The notes: a model not told the origin generated them from the letters alone. A DNA stretch of 64,000 nucleotides from Octopus vulgaris (GCA_951406725.2 OX597817.1:16926001-16990000), one strand, 5' to 3'. Counted from the first letter of the stretch, positions 37,403 to 51,923 are shown. Numbers and translations are program-made.

Positions 37403-37740
37403 CAAATCGACCCCCGGGACTTATTCTTTGTAAGCCCAGTACTTATTCTTTCGGTCTCTTTTGCCGAACCGCTAAGTGACGGGGACGTAAACACACCAGC
37501 ATCGGTTGTCAAGCAATGCTAGGGGGGACAAACACAGACACACAAACACACACATACATATATATATATATATACATATATACGACAGGCTTCTTGCAGT
37601 TTCCGTCTTCCAAATCCACTCACAAGGCATTGGTCGGCCCGGGGCTATAGCAGAAGACACTTGCCCAAGATGCCACGCAGTGGGACTGAACCCGGAACCA
37701 TGTGGTTGGTTAGCAAGCTACTTACCACACAGCCACTCCT
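37403..37740 (-). mobile_element. SINE family A lacking its tail
   Basis: Reverse-complement match. Confidence 0.88.
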
Positions 37741-38249
37741 TGTTATTCTTAACATAATATTTGCTCGGTTTTTTTCTTTTAAAATTTGTTTCGTTATTAT
37801 TCCGATGTTGTTTATCCTTATTTTGATTTAATCTGAATCTGTAATCCTTCCTAAGATGATGCTTTTATGGCTGAAATTGCGTTTTTGATTTTTCTTCAGA
37901 CAATTTTACTTGGAATAATTTATAGCTTTACATCTGCAACAATTTTGCTCTTGATTCCGGTTCATAGTATCATTTTTTTTTTTCTCTGCACAGCTTCAAC
38001 ACAAGAATTTTCGGCCTGCGGCTTTCCTTCCAGCAAATCTGAAACGCTTTCGGCGACTCACTCTCTTGCCACGGCAATTTGCAATGCTTTTCTTCCGAGT
38101 GCTGGATCTGTTTCCTTGAAAACTACTCGTTGCACATTTTTCATACATGTGCTCAGTTGCTGACCACATAGTTTCTATCTTCATAGTTACAGTCAAACGA
38201 TTTCTGCTTTAATTATACCTCAAAATCAGTAACATTCATTCATTTTGTA

Positions 38250-38630
38250 AGTGGTAAGTAGCTTGCTAACCAACCACATGGTTCCGGGTTCAGTCCCACT
38301 GCGTGGCATCTTGGGCAAGTGTCTTCTGCTATAGCCCCGGGCCGACCAATGCCTTGTGAGTGGATTTGGTGGACGGAAACTGAAAGAAGCCTGTCTTATA
38401 TATGTATATATGTGTATGTGTGTGTGTCTGTGTTTGTCCCCCTAGCATTGCTTGACAACCGATGCTGGTGTGTTTATGTCCCCGTCACTTAGCGGTTCGG
38501 CAAAAGAGACCGATAGAATAAGTACTGGGCTTACAAAGAATAAGTCCCGGGGTCGATTTGCTCGACTAAAGGCGGTGCTCCAGCATGGCCGCAGTCAAAT
38601 GACTGAAACAAGTAAAAGAGTAAAAGAGTA
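38250..38630 (+). mobile_element. SINE family A
   Basis: Match lacking the first roughly 18 nt. Confidence 0.9.
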
Positions 38631-39888
38631 TTATATCTCAGCATCACTGGGTTTCATTCCTCTTCACGATATGTGGTTAATTTTTCTATATAACTTCAAA
38701 ATAATTACTTTTTAAGTCATCTTTTAGCATCGTCAAAGTATTTGCCAATTCGAACATTTTACCATCAGTTTCATTGATAAAAAGATTTTAATTACATTTC
38801 CACACCGAAAATCTTGTTTAGATCGAAACAAATCTTCATTATATCTTTCCAGTGAAAAATGTCGGAAACTCGTCTTTCTCTTTGAAATAATCTGAACATA
38901 TCCGTCTAAATATTTCTCTAGTCATTGTAATAAGGAAATCTTCAAATCATGTTTATAAAAATTGTAAAATCAAAAACTTTACGTCACCCTTTTGCTTTCT
39001 TCGTCATTAATTTGTGTACTGCTCTTTTTGTTGTGTATATATTTTGGTCGTAGTGTAATCCGGAATACATGAAAAATAAAGTAAATCCTACGATGAATGC
39101 CAAAAAAGGTATAACATAATTATTTAAAATTTTGGCATAAGGCTAGGAAAGGGTAAGTTGGTTACATCGACCTCAATATTGACTGGTACATATTTTATCG
39201 ACTCCAAAAAAATGAAAGACGAATCTGACTTCGGCTGGATTTGAAAGCAGAATGTGAATAGTCGGGAGAAATACCAGAGCGCTTTTTTCTCAATGCCTTA
39301 ACGAGTCTGCCAACTTGTTGCTTTAAGGCGTAACATAAGCACAAGGTCTGGAGTTAGTTGATTACATCGATTAAGTAGACTCCAGCAGGCATTAATTTTA
39401 TCAATCTCGACTCCCCTAATGATTCTGCCACTTCACTGCCATAGGGTGTATTATAATACTGGTTTCAAATTTTGGCACAAGGCCAGCAATTTCAGATAGT
39501 GTGTAGGTCGATTGCATCGACTCCAGTGTTCAAATAACACCTATTTTATCCATCCCCGAGGTGATGGAAGGAAAGTCGATCTCGGTGGCATTTGAATTCG
39601 AAATTTTATGTCGGAAGAAATGCTCCTTAGCAATTTTTCCGGATCGCTAACGATTCTGCAAGCTCACCACCTTAAGGTGTAATATGATATTGAAAACGAA
39701 GGAATAAAATTTAGAAATTAGGCGACACCACAATGTGGAATTTTAAGCAAAAAAAGATTATCACTCCATATATACACAATGAGAATACATACAATAAAAA
39801 ATGACATACCATGCATTTGAACTCTCCTAATGCACATTTGAAGTGAAAGCATGACAGTAAAGTGAATCTACGGAAATGAGATTGCTTG

Positions 39889-40518
39889 AAGGGTGACGAG
39901 CTGGTAGAAACGTTAGCACGCCGGGCGAAATGCTTAGCATTATTTCGTCTGCCGTTACGTTCTGAGTTCAAATTCCGCCGAGGTCGCCTTTGCCTTTCAT
40001 CCTTTCGGGGTCGATTAAATAAGTACAAGTTACGCACTGGGGTCGATATAACCAACTTAATCCATTTGTCTGTCCTTGTTTGTCCTCTCTGTGTTTAGCC
40101 CCTTGTGGGTAGTAAAGAAATAGAAATAGGTATTTCGTCTGCCGTTACGTTCTGAGTTCATATTCCGCCGAGGTCGACTTTGCCTTTCATCCTTTCGGGG
40201 TCGATAAATAAAGAACCAGTTTTGCACTAGGGTCGATGTAATCGACTTAATCCGTTTGTCTGTCCTTGTTTGTCCTCTCTGTGTTTAGCCCCTTGTGGGT
40301 AGTAAAGAAATAGAAATAGGTATTTCGTCTGCCGTTACGTTCTGAGTTCAAATTCCGCCGAGGTCGACTTTGCCTTTCATCCTTTCGGGGTCGATAAATT
40401 AAGTACCAGTTACGCACTGAGGTCGATATAATCGACTTCAGTCCCGTTTGTCTATCCTTGTTTGTCCTCCTCTGTGTTTAGCCCCTTGTGGGTAGTAAAG
40501 AAATAGGGATTTCGTCTG
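39889..40518 (+). mobile_element. SINE family D with one head and three tandem bodies
   Basis: Junction gaaata|ggtatttcgtctg at about 40128 and 40318, and the start of a fourth unit at about 40506. Confidence 0.9.
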
Positions 40519-40714
40519 GGTTACACGTTACCAGTAGCACTCGAAAGTGACCTGACATACATACATATACAACACTCATACACACATATACTTGTGTATG
40601 TACGTATTCATGTACATATGTGTGTGTATGTATGATGTATATATATGTGTATATGCATGTATGTTTGTGTATGTATTTATGCTTTTGTGTGTGTTTGTGT
40701 GTGTCTGTGTGTGT

Positions 40715-40760
<46 letters not shown>

Positions 40761-41584
40761 CCAAATTGCCTTTCTTAAGAAAGCAAGCCGAAAATAATTT
40801 TAATCGATTGAAATAATAAACATAATGAAAAGAAAGGTAATTAGCGTTAATGAAGATTAATCTCACATTAAGTTCGATGATATGAAGCGGAGAAGTGAGT
40901 GACAACTCTGGCTATGCTTCAGTTTATAAAACCTCCGATGGAATGAATAATTCACTCATAGATGCTAAGACCTCAAAACGACTAATGCGTATAATTTTTA
41001 TGTAAAATTAATTAACTGATTAGTTAAATTAGAATAGCGACACTGTTAGAAGAACAAATACATTCCAAAAAAGAATTCAATATCAGTTTATAGCAGTCGA
41101 TTATAATCAATATTATGAAAACTAAGTCCAATACCACTTTTTGTATGTCGTTTCATGCAGTAGGCATAGTAAGGAGAAAGCAGTGGCTGTGCTGAGGGAA
41201 GCGAAAGAGAGAATGAGAGAGGTGGATAGGGAGAGAGAGAAAGAGGGGGATAGGGAGAAAGAGAGGGGTGGCTAGGGAGAGAGAGAGAGAGAGAGAGTAT
41301 TGTAAAAAGACATAGATGAGATAGATAAAATAAAAAAGTGTAGATTAGAGATTGTCAGATTAGGAGGGAAGGGAGAGATATATAGCCGCAGTCTGCTGTA
41401 CGAATGCTGACAAGAGAGTGAGTCCGGTGAGCAGAAAGAGAAAATTATGGAAGGATGGAAGAATGAGTAACAGAGAAAGAGATAGCGTAAGAGATGAGAG
41501 GTGAAAATATTAAAACAGGAGTTTACAACATAGAGGGAAGGGGAGAGAGAGAGAACTCAGGGGTTAAAATAAGGTATATATGCA

Positions 41585-41757
41585 TAAGGGTATCGTGATA
41601 GGCCCAACCTTCCGAGTTCTTTTACAGGGCCTAGAAAACTGAAGGACCGCTGCAATAAGTGTGTGAATCTAAGAGGGGGATATATTGAATAAAATCATAA
41701 CTAACTGATACTTCAGTATTTCCATTTTCTCCAAAGCCAGGAACTTTTCAGCACCTA
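41585..41757 (+). mobile_element. Mariner 3' end fragment
   Basis: [18 protein letters not shown] resembles the mariner transposase C-terminus. A TIR-like end (ggaacttttcagcacc) follows. Confidence 0.65.
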
Positions 41758-41773
41758 ATCTCTGTGTGTGTGA

Positions 41774-41898
<125 letters not shown>

Positions 41899-41989
41899 TA
41901 ATGCTCTTAGCCACTTCAACATGGCCGATACGTTCGAGCGGAATTTACTGCTATTTTTTAACCCGAAGACAACATCTTTAGCTGGTTAA

Positions 41990-44520
41990 CAATGCACAGT
42001 ACTGATCGCCCGAAACCAGACTGGTATGCTGGTCCCGTTGCTAGAAAGTGGTAGGGGTTCGTTCCTCTGCTCGCAGTATAACGGATGCAGCGAAGAGGAC
42101 CAATCGGAAAGTGAGGACTCTGCTTTGTATATATTTCCAGAACACCTTACTGTCAGGGCTGGTTGCTATGCGCTGCTCAAATTCAAGCACTGCCCTTTTT
42201 GTTACCTGCTTTAGAGGGTTGGATGATTTATTGTGCTTTTTGTTATTTATATCTGATTTATGTAGTTTGTATTTCCGTTCAGCATTACGACGTTCTTTCT
42301 TGGCAAGTCTAACTGCTGCAGTCTCCCAAATTGCAATTTCGGGATGTTTTTTGTGCCTACGTGGTACTGACACTGCACAGATGTCCATATTGAGAACAGG
42401 ATGTTCTGCAGTATAGTGTTCACATCTCCTGAGTCGTAAAATTCTAACCAGTTTGGGCGTTGTAGTTCGGTGCAGTAAGAGTTCCAGTCTGCTTTATTCC
42501 AGTCAACGCGAGCAGTTTAGAAATTGCTGCAGTTTTTGTTACTGCCCATAAGGGACAAATTGACAATGATCATAGCATGATCAGAGTCGCCTAAAGGTTC
42601 CTCAATAGTAACACTAATAACCGTTTCAGGAGTAGTGGTAAAGAGTAGATCCAAAGTTTTGTTATCTCTTGCCGGGGAGTTTACTACTTGGAACTAGTTC
42701 GAGTCCAGCACTAGCTCAATGAAATCATTTGTACTTTGCGAGCAACGAAAGTTTTCCCAATCGATCTCAGGGGGATTGAAGTCACCTGCAATAAAAACAT
42801 AACTGGTTGTTTTGTTGGCGGCAGTTCTGAGGATATCACAAAATTGTGTGTCCTGATGGTAATTTAGGGTGGGTGGGCGGTAAACAACTCTAAGTAGAAG
42901 TGTTGACATAGTCTTACGTATATCGCAGAAAAATACTTCTTGTGATTGGTTCAAATCAAAGCAAGGAATTGCTGAAAAGTTTGAACGAACGTAGACCATC
43001 ACACCACCACCACCACCACGATTAATGCAGTCTTTGCGAAACTAGTTGTAGCCAGCTATGCTGAAAACCCCATCACAAAGTAAGGAATGTGCCCATGTTT
43101 CCATGACTAATGTAATCGGGGTCGATATCTTTGACGTATGAATCAAAAAGATGTTCCTTGTTGCACAAGCTACGAGCATTTAAGGACAACAATTTGTACC
43201 TTCATTTCAGTTCATGATGATGTGTAAGGGATGGCAGGTTGTTCTGATTTAGTTTCCCACAGTTTTTTCATTGCCAGCTATTGTGGGTACAGTGCGTTCA
43301 GAATATCTGGTATCTTTTCTCCGTGTTTCGCCAGCCTTAATAAACTTCCATATCTGCCCATCGTCACGTAGGCTGAAGCTTTCATGTTGTGCTGAGTTGC
43401 GATTTAAGGAAGCTTCAGCACGTAGCTTTGGATGTACATCAGGTGGTAGGCCAGGGCGTGTTCTAAGGGTAATCCCGTTTTCACGCATAGCTTTATCAGA
43501 GGTTAAAAGGTACGAACGTCAGAAGAGTTTGAAAAAGACAGCCTGATTAGTCTGGGTTTCGGACTTGGGCGACCAAGGTGAAGAACACCCTTCGGGGCAA
43601 CACAGCCTTGGTCTTTGGATGAGTTGGCAGCAAATGCCAGAAGGTCAGCTATGTCCTTTGATACACCAATGACAATTACTTCATGGTTGACAGATTCAGT
43701 AGCTTTCTAGATTCATCTTGATTCAGGAAGAACTACAGGGGAATTTTTAGCAAGGCACTCCGATAAGATCCCTCATTGTGGGGTTCTGCACGAATGCTTG
43801 ATTTGATTTCTGCTATTTCTCGGCTTAAAGCAGAAATCATTTGTTGTATTTCCGCAAACTCTGTATTGATGGTTGATTTTTGTTGTTGCTGTTCTTTAAC
43901 AGGAATGGTAGGGGAAGACACAGTCTTCGGTTGTGTTTGTTGAGAGGTAACTGAAGAGGCAGACATGGGTTGCTGTTGTTGATGATGTTCTTCAGCAGGA
44001 GTGGTAGTGTAAGCCATGGTGGTCGGTTTTTTGCCGTTGTTCAGCAGCAATGGTAAAGGAAGACACGGTCGTCGGTTTTTGTTGTTGTTGTTCATCAACA
44101 ATGGTAGAGGCAGACACACAAGCCAGGCACTGAAAGGACCAATTTGGAAGCTGGATCATTTCCCAGAGTCCATCCACCATAGAAACATGGTGTCTCTTTT
44201 TATTTTGTTTTGATCTGAGATCTTTCGAAAGTTTGTGGCACATTGAAGGCAGACAGAAACACAACATTTACCACATTTAACCCATCGATTTCGGAAGGAG
44301 TTCTCGGGTTTTGTACATAATTGGCAGACCTGATTTTCAGGGTAATGTTCTATTTTGGAACATCGATCAGTTTTATCACACACTTCATCCATGGATGTCA
44401 CCTTAGCAATTTTGTTCTGTCTGTTCATTCGTATAGTAGAACAAAAGGTAAACAAATAGTTAGGCTGCGTAAGTTTAGCACATTTATTAACGAGATAAAT
44501 AATTTTTTTTTGTTTCTGTT
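41990..44520 (-). mobile_element. 5' part of a CR1/L2-group LINE: ORF1 with PHD-like finger plus APE endonuclease, decayed
   Basis: CQLC...WVKCGKC..SVCLQC...WSFQCLAC (PHD-like), a Q-rich linker and coiled coil. Then LNARSL, GGGVMVYVR, VVYRPP, IAGDFN.PEIDW and PLGDSDHA (APE motifs), with stops. RT absent. Confidence 0.85.
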
Positions 44521-44539
44521 TTGTTTCCGTTTTCCTAAG

Positions 44540-44543
<4 letters not shown>

Positions 44544-44622
<79 letters not shown>

Positions 44623-44635
44623 TGTGTTTGTGTGT
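44544..44635. repeat. (TG)n microsatellite
   Basis: Directly visible. Confidence 0.95.
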
Positions 44636-45399
44636 ACAGAAAGCTCTGCACACGTATATATAATTAAATTATGTATATGGGTTAGAAATGGAGTCAACGT
44701 CCCGAGTGATTTTATAATGTTCGTTATGGTGTCTCTCTGAATCAACTTGACACTAAGCTGATTGTTTGAATATACAGTTACAGTCCTTGTTTTGCAGTAA
44801 AAGTGGACGAATATTCCGCTGATACTCGCACCCAGTCAGAATAACTCTGAGTGTGTAACATGACCGTGCCCTTTGATTTATATACAGTTTCTCGGTCTAA
44901 ACGATGAGCTTCTGCAGTTTCCAATTTCTCTGACAAGTTTTGGGCCAATTCTCTGCTCTGTATTTAAGACTTTAAAAGTTATAAATCTGTAAAATTTCTC
45001 CCAAACGGATCCCTCAATCGCGTTTACATTTCTGACACCGAGTCTGTTCACTTTAGTGGTTTATACGTTTTAGACAAAACTGTATATTATGTAAGCACGA
45101 CCTGCCTTCTTCATGTTGTTAATGGCTTGGAATTCAAAATCTTTGAATAAACGCAATATACCAAAGTCATTTAATTGTTTAACAAGACAGGAAGATATCA
45201 ATCGAAGTCTGTTATGGCGTTCAAATCGTACCAGAGTTAATTTAGTCATTCATCACCTCTGAGGTGATTTGATACAGCGAGTGGCGTAGCGTGTGTTTTG
45301 ACCGCCCTGTACTGTGGCCAAAATGGTCCGCCGTTCCTTAAACGACTTACCTTCATTTAAACGCGACCTGTATTATACAGTGCTGGATGTGAATATCAG

Positions 45400-45830
45400 A
45401 AACTAGGAAGTTCAAGTCCGAAAGGTGGAAGTAGACACTATAAAATACTGTAGGAGTCGAAAATCAGAGCTTAATGCTGCATCCCTCTGTACTCTATCCA
45501 TTTCCACATCTAGCATTACAAAGATTATGAGCCACGCATGGACTACAACATTTGAAATTAGTTGCCCAGTAAATGCCAACATAAAGTTAAAGTGTAATGA
45601 AAAAGAAAACCTCTATGCCGAGCTGATGAGAACTCGACAGTTACATAATCCAAACTATAATTTTAAAGTTTCACTAATGATTTTTGACACTCTTGGCTAT
45701 GTGACTCACTACTTTGGTACTAATCTTGAGAAACCGTGTTTCTTAATACCAAAAAGAACAGTTCCTAATCAAAAGATTATTGCTGCAGTTTATCAGTTAC
45801 TGTCAAAATATGTAAAACATCCATGAAGTT
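45400..45830 (+). mobile_element. 3' fragment of an RLE-type (R4/Dong/NeSL-like) non-LTR retrotransposon
   Basis: FEISCPVNANIKLKCNEKENLYAELMR...IFDTLGYV resembles the restriction-like endonuclease C-terminal pattern (E.SCP, EK...Y..L, IGALG). Confidence 0.6.
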
Positions 45831-46039
45831 TAGCACACGTGTAATGACATCCATACTGTACCTGTAACCTAGTATACATGTATGTATGTACATATGTATA
45901 TACATACATACGAAGGGTTAGAAAGCGAGAAACGCGATATACACCAAATATGAGAACGATATACACGTCATAATAGACGTACTGAAACATGTAGTCAAAC
46001 TAAAGGAATATCTAGAAAATATCCAGAAAAATACGAATA

Positions 46040-46800
46040 AACGCCAAGCAGTACAAAATTTCCATGTCTAGGTTTAAAGGTAAAGGTAGAAAATAACAGA
46101 TACATCAAGACTGTTTATGTAAAAAACACCTACAAAAGCATGTACTAACATGGCGACAAAGAATGTCCATACAGATACAAAATGTTAGTGGTAAAAGCCT
46201 TACTTTATAGGGCAACTACATTTTCTTTCATAGAATAAATCAAGCACTAGTCAGCAAAAGGTATTCTAGCTTACTGATAGGCTGATAGATAGAACAATAC
46301 AGACATAAATACAACACAACAAATACGTTAGATACTACAACTATGAAAGAAAAGTGCAAGTCACTCATAAAATCTATTCCATGAATCAAATGCGTACTGA
46401 CTATAAAATAAACACATTCTCAAAAACTTCATAAAACAGAACGTAAATGCATTACATTAAACAATAGACTAAAACTAATCATGAACTACAAAACTAATAT
46501 AATTAAAAATCTTCTTATTTGAATAACAAACTGCAAGCATGTAAATCCACAAGTTTACTAATGGTTTATGTAATTTATAAATTCGATTGCAAATGTGAAA
46601 GTTGTAAACTTCCCGACCCTAACTGCTATATTGGCCATACTGGTATGACGCTCTCTTGCCAACTTCCTATGCACTTACAACTAAGAACAATCACAATACC
46701 TTCTAAACGAAATAACACAAGTAGACAACAACCTATCTATACTCTACTGGATTTCCCACAAAAATAGGCAATTGATAATAGAAGTAGTAACCAAAAAACA
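46040..46800 (+). pseudogene. Decayed Penelope-like element ORF (RT thumb plus GIY-YIG endonuclease)
   Basis: KTVYVKNT (about 46107), ECPYRYKMLVVKALLYRA (46161) and VIYKFDCKCESC...CYIGHTGMTLSCQLPMH (46570-46674). Confidence 0.75.
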
Positions 46801-47159
46801 GTACAATACTATAATAGGCATACAGATTACATGCACTAGTTAACACAAAAATAAATATCTAACTGGTGGTGAGTATAAGACGTGATTTTGCAGAGTAGTT
46901 TGAGCATTATATAGAAAACCACGCAGTGCTTGTTCTTATCAACGGGATGAAAGGAAGTTACAATGGTGAGGTGTGAAAGCCGATCGTATTTTGAATCCCG
47001 AGTAGTTGGGATTGGTTGTTCAACCACGTCAAAGGATGATGGTGATGATTCGTTCCAATTCTCAGCGCTCCAAGTTCAAATCCAGCTGAAGTCAACTTTG
47101 CCTTTCAAGCTTTTGGATTCGATAAAAAGTACCAAGCTAGGGTGGTGGTGGCATGCAGG

Positions 47160-47881
47160 AATGTAGGTTGTGTGGATGGATTCCCCAGATGCTCACACCT
47201 TTTCAGCAGCAGGAACGAGTCAATTGCTCCCAGGCAATGTGCCAAGAAAACGAGGAGAACCTTTTCGGCAGACTTATCACACAGGATGAAACATGGGTCC
47301 ATCACTATGATCCTGAGACTAAAGACAAGTCGAAACAATGGAAGCATGATAACTCACCACCTCCAAAGAAGGCTCGTTTCCAAGCCTCAGCAGGCAAAGT
47401 GATGCTCACAGTCTTTTGGGATCAGTGGGGAGTAGTGATGATGGATTTTCTGGCAAAGGGCACCACAATACTTCTCTGCAGCAAAAATTGCAGGACGCCA
47501 TCAAAGCTGAGAAGAGTGGCATGCTGACCAAAGGAGTCTGCCTCCTCCAAGACAATGCCCCAGTTCACAATGCGCATGAGGCCCCTGCGGCTATGAAATC
47601 CTTCCTCATCCCGCTTACTCTCCATCTGACTTCCACCTTTTTCCAACCATGGAATCTTCTTTGAAAAAGAAGCACTTTTCGAACGATGATGAACTTATTT
47701 CTAAGGTAAAGTCTTGGCTCCAGACGCAACCTACCGACTTCTACAGACGAGGTCTTCACAGTTGCATAAAGCGATGGGAGAAATGTGTCACCATTGGAGG
47801 CGGCTATGTAGAGAAGGACTGATAATTATCCCAGTCCTTAGGAAGTGGGACAGAAGAAATCTTTAATGAACTCCTCTCGTA
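47160..47881 (+). mobile_element. Mariner transposase pseudogene with 3' end
   Basis: WIPQMLT, ITQDETWVHHYDPETK, SAGKVMLTVFWD, LLQDNAPVH and RWEKCVTIGGGYVEKD*, with frameshifts. Ends ctcgta. Confidence 0.92.
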
Positions 47882-47939
47882 TATATCCATCTTTCCACCC
47901 ACTATTCTTGGGAGAGTTGTAGGAGTAGAGTCCTCAGGT

Positions 47940-48787
47940 ACCTACTCCATAGGGTCCTATCAGAGGCAACCGTCATTACACTTTCCGGTTGGTTTACTCA
48001 GTCTGACCAACTAAAACTATGGATATTATCTGTCTCGTGGTCTGCCCATAAGTTTCCTGCCGATTGGCTCGGCATGATTCCTTCCTACAACATTCTAATC
48101 CCATGTCCGTAGTACCGAAGCTGTGCCCTCTCAATGCGGAGAAGCAGAGGCTCAACCTGGAGAGAATCACTGATCTCCGAGTTACGCACCCTGTCCAGTA
48201 ATGTTATCCGGAGACCCTTTGGCAGAACCCCATTTCGGCCACTTCTATTCGTGATAGTACTCATTCGGTCATACCTAACATTTATGACCATAGATAAGGA
48301 TAGACACGTAAACCAAGTTGAAAATAGCAAGTTCGGCTTTTCCCCCAACGTCTCCTCCTCTGAGAATCGAATACTGGAATTGGTACATTTCTGTATCAGC
48401 CTCTTCAAATCTAGCATCCAATTCAGCCTGCTGTTTTACATCATTCACGAATACGGTCACGAGATTCTTCAACTTTTCCACTTGTCTCAGTGATGTTCTG
48501 CTAACATGCAGAATGCACTGGGAAGACTTCCCTGGCAGCACCAAAGTCTCAGTCTTTGCAACACTAATTCTCATCCTTGCCTTGTAGCATTCGGCTGCGA
48601 ATCCATTCGGTGCATGCTGAAGGTTACCTCCAAAAGAGCCAAGTCGCACCACGTTGTCTGCAAATATCAGCCTGACGATCTTAAACCCACCAATTATTAC
48701 ACCACTTCCACAACATTGGCACAGTGACGCATGTCAACCCAGTTCATAAAAATTATGAAACGGAGTGATGACAATACGCATCCCAGC
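47940..48787 (-). mobile_element. RTE-clade LINE RT C-terminal fragment
   Basis: FADNV (decayed YADD), MRISVAKTETLV, QVEKLKNL, ILIYG and DRVRNSEI...IERAQLRYYGHGIRM. Confidence 0.85.
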
Positions 48788-49049
48788 TGAAATTAGAGGT
48801 GTGTGTGTGTGTGAATTAGAGAATTCACAAGAAACTTTGTTCATCACGTTGTGATGAATAAAGAAGGTTCTCGAAAATTCCATTTTGTGTTTCTCTAATT
48901 TGTTATATATATTGAAAGAACACTGCGGAATTCCCGAGAATTCCGTAACATTTACATCAAATCTGTGGATGACATCAGGTAGCCATACCTGGTGAAATTG
49001 GTTTAATCAGCATACTACTTGATGTATGCCCAAAATTTAAATAATTGCT

Positions 49050-49160
<111 letters not shown>

Positions 49161-49169
49161 ATAATTGCT

Positions 49170-49246
<77 letters not shown>

Positions 49247-49341
49247 TTCGGAATGGTCTTCTTGCCAGTTTAGCCAATAAAATCACACGCACTATATATT
49301 TGGTGTTACTTTGCTTCAGTGTTATTTATTTTTTACATTAC

Positions 49342-49741
49342 AGGCGCAGGAGTGGCTGTGTGGTAAGTAGCTTGCTAACCAACCACATGGTTCCGGGTTC
49401 AGTCCCACTGCGTGGCATCTTGGGCAAGTGTCTTCTGCTATAGCCCCGGGCCGACCAATGTCTTGTGAGTGGATTTGGTAGACGGAGACTGAAAGAAGCC
49501 CGTCGTATATATGTATGTATGTGTGTGTGTTTGTGTGTCTGTGTTTGTCCCCCTAGCATTGCTTGACAATCGATGCTGGTGTGTTTACGTCCCCGTAACT
49601 TAGCGGTTCGGCAAAAGAGACCGATAGAATAAGTACTGGGCTTACAAAAGAATAAGTCCCGGGGTCGATTTGCTCGACTAAAGGCGGTGCTCCAGCATGG
49701 CCGCAGTCAAATGACTGAAACAAATAAAAGAGTAAAGAGTA
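49342..49741 (+). mobile_element. SINE family A
   Basis: Full-length match. Confidence 0.9.
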
Positions 49742-50555
49742 AGTGTAATCTTAATCTTATTTCGGCCAGAGTTCTTTCGTCACACTCCTGTGACCGCATC
49801 AGTGGTCCTTTGTTTTCTTCTTTCTTATTTGTGTCTCTCCTTACTAACCGTCAGCCATTTTGTATTTCTATTGTATGTCTTCATTTGCGCATGCTTATAT
49901 CTCTATGTGCGTCTATGTTTATTTAGTGCATGTGTGTGTGGGGGGGATGCCTGTAATATTTGTATCTTCTGTTTATATACGTTCATGTAATTTGTTGTTG
50001 TTTTTGTTTATTCTTATTTTGTTCATGTGTTTACATCCCTTTATTATTATCATTACATATGCTTGTATGTATGTATGTATGTATGTATGTATAACAACAA
50101 TACTAGTAATAATAATAATATATATATATACACACACATACATGCATACATTTTCAGCCGTATTGACTTGAGCAACATGAAATGAAGCTTTTTGCTCAAG
50201 AACACAACACGCCGCCCATGTACCGAACAAACACTCCAGCCACTAGGTTAAGGGCCTTCACAAATACGCGCGCGCGCAACAAACACGCATAAGCAAATAT
50301 ACATAAAAGACATAAACGTGTGTTGAGTTCGCTTTGTCACTGGGACTTGGGGATAATATATCCCGTGACTAAATGTGTGTGTGTGTGTGTATGTGTGTGT
50401 GTTTGTAGGAAGAGTGAATTTGTCTTTATTAGTGTAAACTTAACCAATCGATGGGATCGATAAATTCAATATCAGACTGAAATAAATGCTGGGGTCAATA
50501 TGACCGACTGAAGCCCTTCAAAGCGCTGTCCCAACATGGCTGCAACTCAAAAGCA

Positions 50556-50975
50556 TACTCTTTTACTCTTTTACTCTTTTACTTGTTTCAGTCATTTGAC
50601 TGCGGCCATGCTGGAGCACCGCCTTTAATCGAGCAACTCGACCCCGGGACTTATTCTTTTGTAAGCCCAGTACTTATTCTATCGGTCTCTTTTGCCGAAC
50701 CGCTAAGTAACGGGGACACACCAGCATCGGTTGTCAAGCAATGCTACGGGGACAAACACAGACACACAAACACACATACGCATATATATATATATATATA
50801 TACATACATATATACGACGGGCTTCTTTCAGTTTCTGTCAACCAAATCCACTCATAAGGTTTTAGTCGGCCCGAGGCTATAGAAGAAGACACTTGCCCAA
50901 GGTGCCACTCAGTGGGACTGAACCCGGAACCATGTGGTTGGTAAACAAGCTACTTACCACACAGCCACTTCTGCG
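50556..50975 (-). mobile_element. SINE family A
   Basis: Full-length reverse-complement match. Confidence 0.9.
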
Positions 50976-51032
50976 CATGTACATAAATATAAGTCAAGGC
51001 AAGAGGTTGGAAAAGGTTTTTTGGTATTATTT

Positions 51033-51136
51033 ATTCCCCATTGCACATGTTTCATTTGCTAATAGGAATTACAAAATCGTACAAGTAGGAAAAATATATA
51101 AGACATTTCTAATTAGATACTCATCAGACAGAGAAT
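51033..51136 (-). ncRNA. Decayed type I hammerhead motif with long stem-loop II
   Basis: Minus strand attctctgt CTGATGA gtatctaat...attagcaaat GAAAC atgt gca atggggaat. 9-bp stem I with wobbles. Cleavage triplet GCA is non-canonical. Confidence 0.5.
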
Positions 51137-51284
51137 CAAATAATACAAAATTTAAATTTGGATGAAGCGTTTTAGGGACTGGAGTAATAAGTGTATATAC
51201 ATATACGTCTCATGTATCAATATACATAAATACATACACGCGGACATATACATCCAAGAGGACAGCTTAGATTTTAACCTACCA

Positions 51285-51374
<90 letters not shown>

Positions 51375-51402
51375 GTAATATGTGACAATTATTCGGTAGT
51401 CA

Positions 51403-51465
51403 AGATAAAACTCCGAGTTTCGGATGCCGAGGTGGAAATCCACGCCACCATCTCTTCAGTTCTCC
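51403..51465 (-). ncRNA. Type I hammerhead motif, homolog of 35110-35172 with canonical CUGAAGA core
   Basis: Minus strand ggagaa CTGAAGA gatg...catc c GAAAC tcgga GTT ttatct. Flanked by (TG)n and (TA)n. Confidence 0.65.
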
Positions 51466-51481
51466 GGCCATCGGAAAAACG

Positions 51482-51598
<117 letters not shown>

Positions 51599-51692
51599 TG
51601 AGGCCTTGAGCCAACAGGCTTTGGGATCTCGTCATACGCCGAAAAGCTAAGCGCTTTATCCCATAAACCGGCCTTATCTAACTTCATTTACA

Positions 51693-51783
<91 letters not shown>

Positions 51784-51787
51784 TTAC

Positions 51788-51923
51788 TTTATTTAAAGCA
51801 ACGAGAAACTCAGAGTAACAGGTTTTGTTGAATTTTCTGCAGCTTTAAATAAAGCATATTACTCTACCACTGGTATTTGAGTACTCTTTTTTCCACCTTG
51901 TTTCACATTTATGTGTTTACTCC

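Noticed and set aside
37760-38245. Possible ancient RTE fragment on the minus strand
   Set aside because: Peptide similarity is too weak to support by eye.
43733-44653. Q-rich, cysteine-rich host gene
   Set aside because: Frameshifted and directly upstream of a LINE endonuclease in the same orientation, so it is LINE ORF1.
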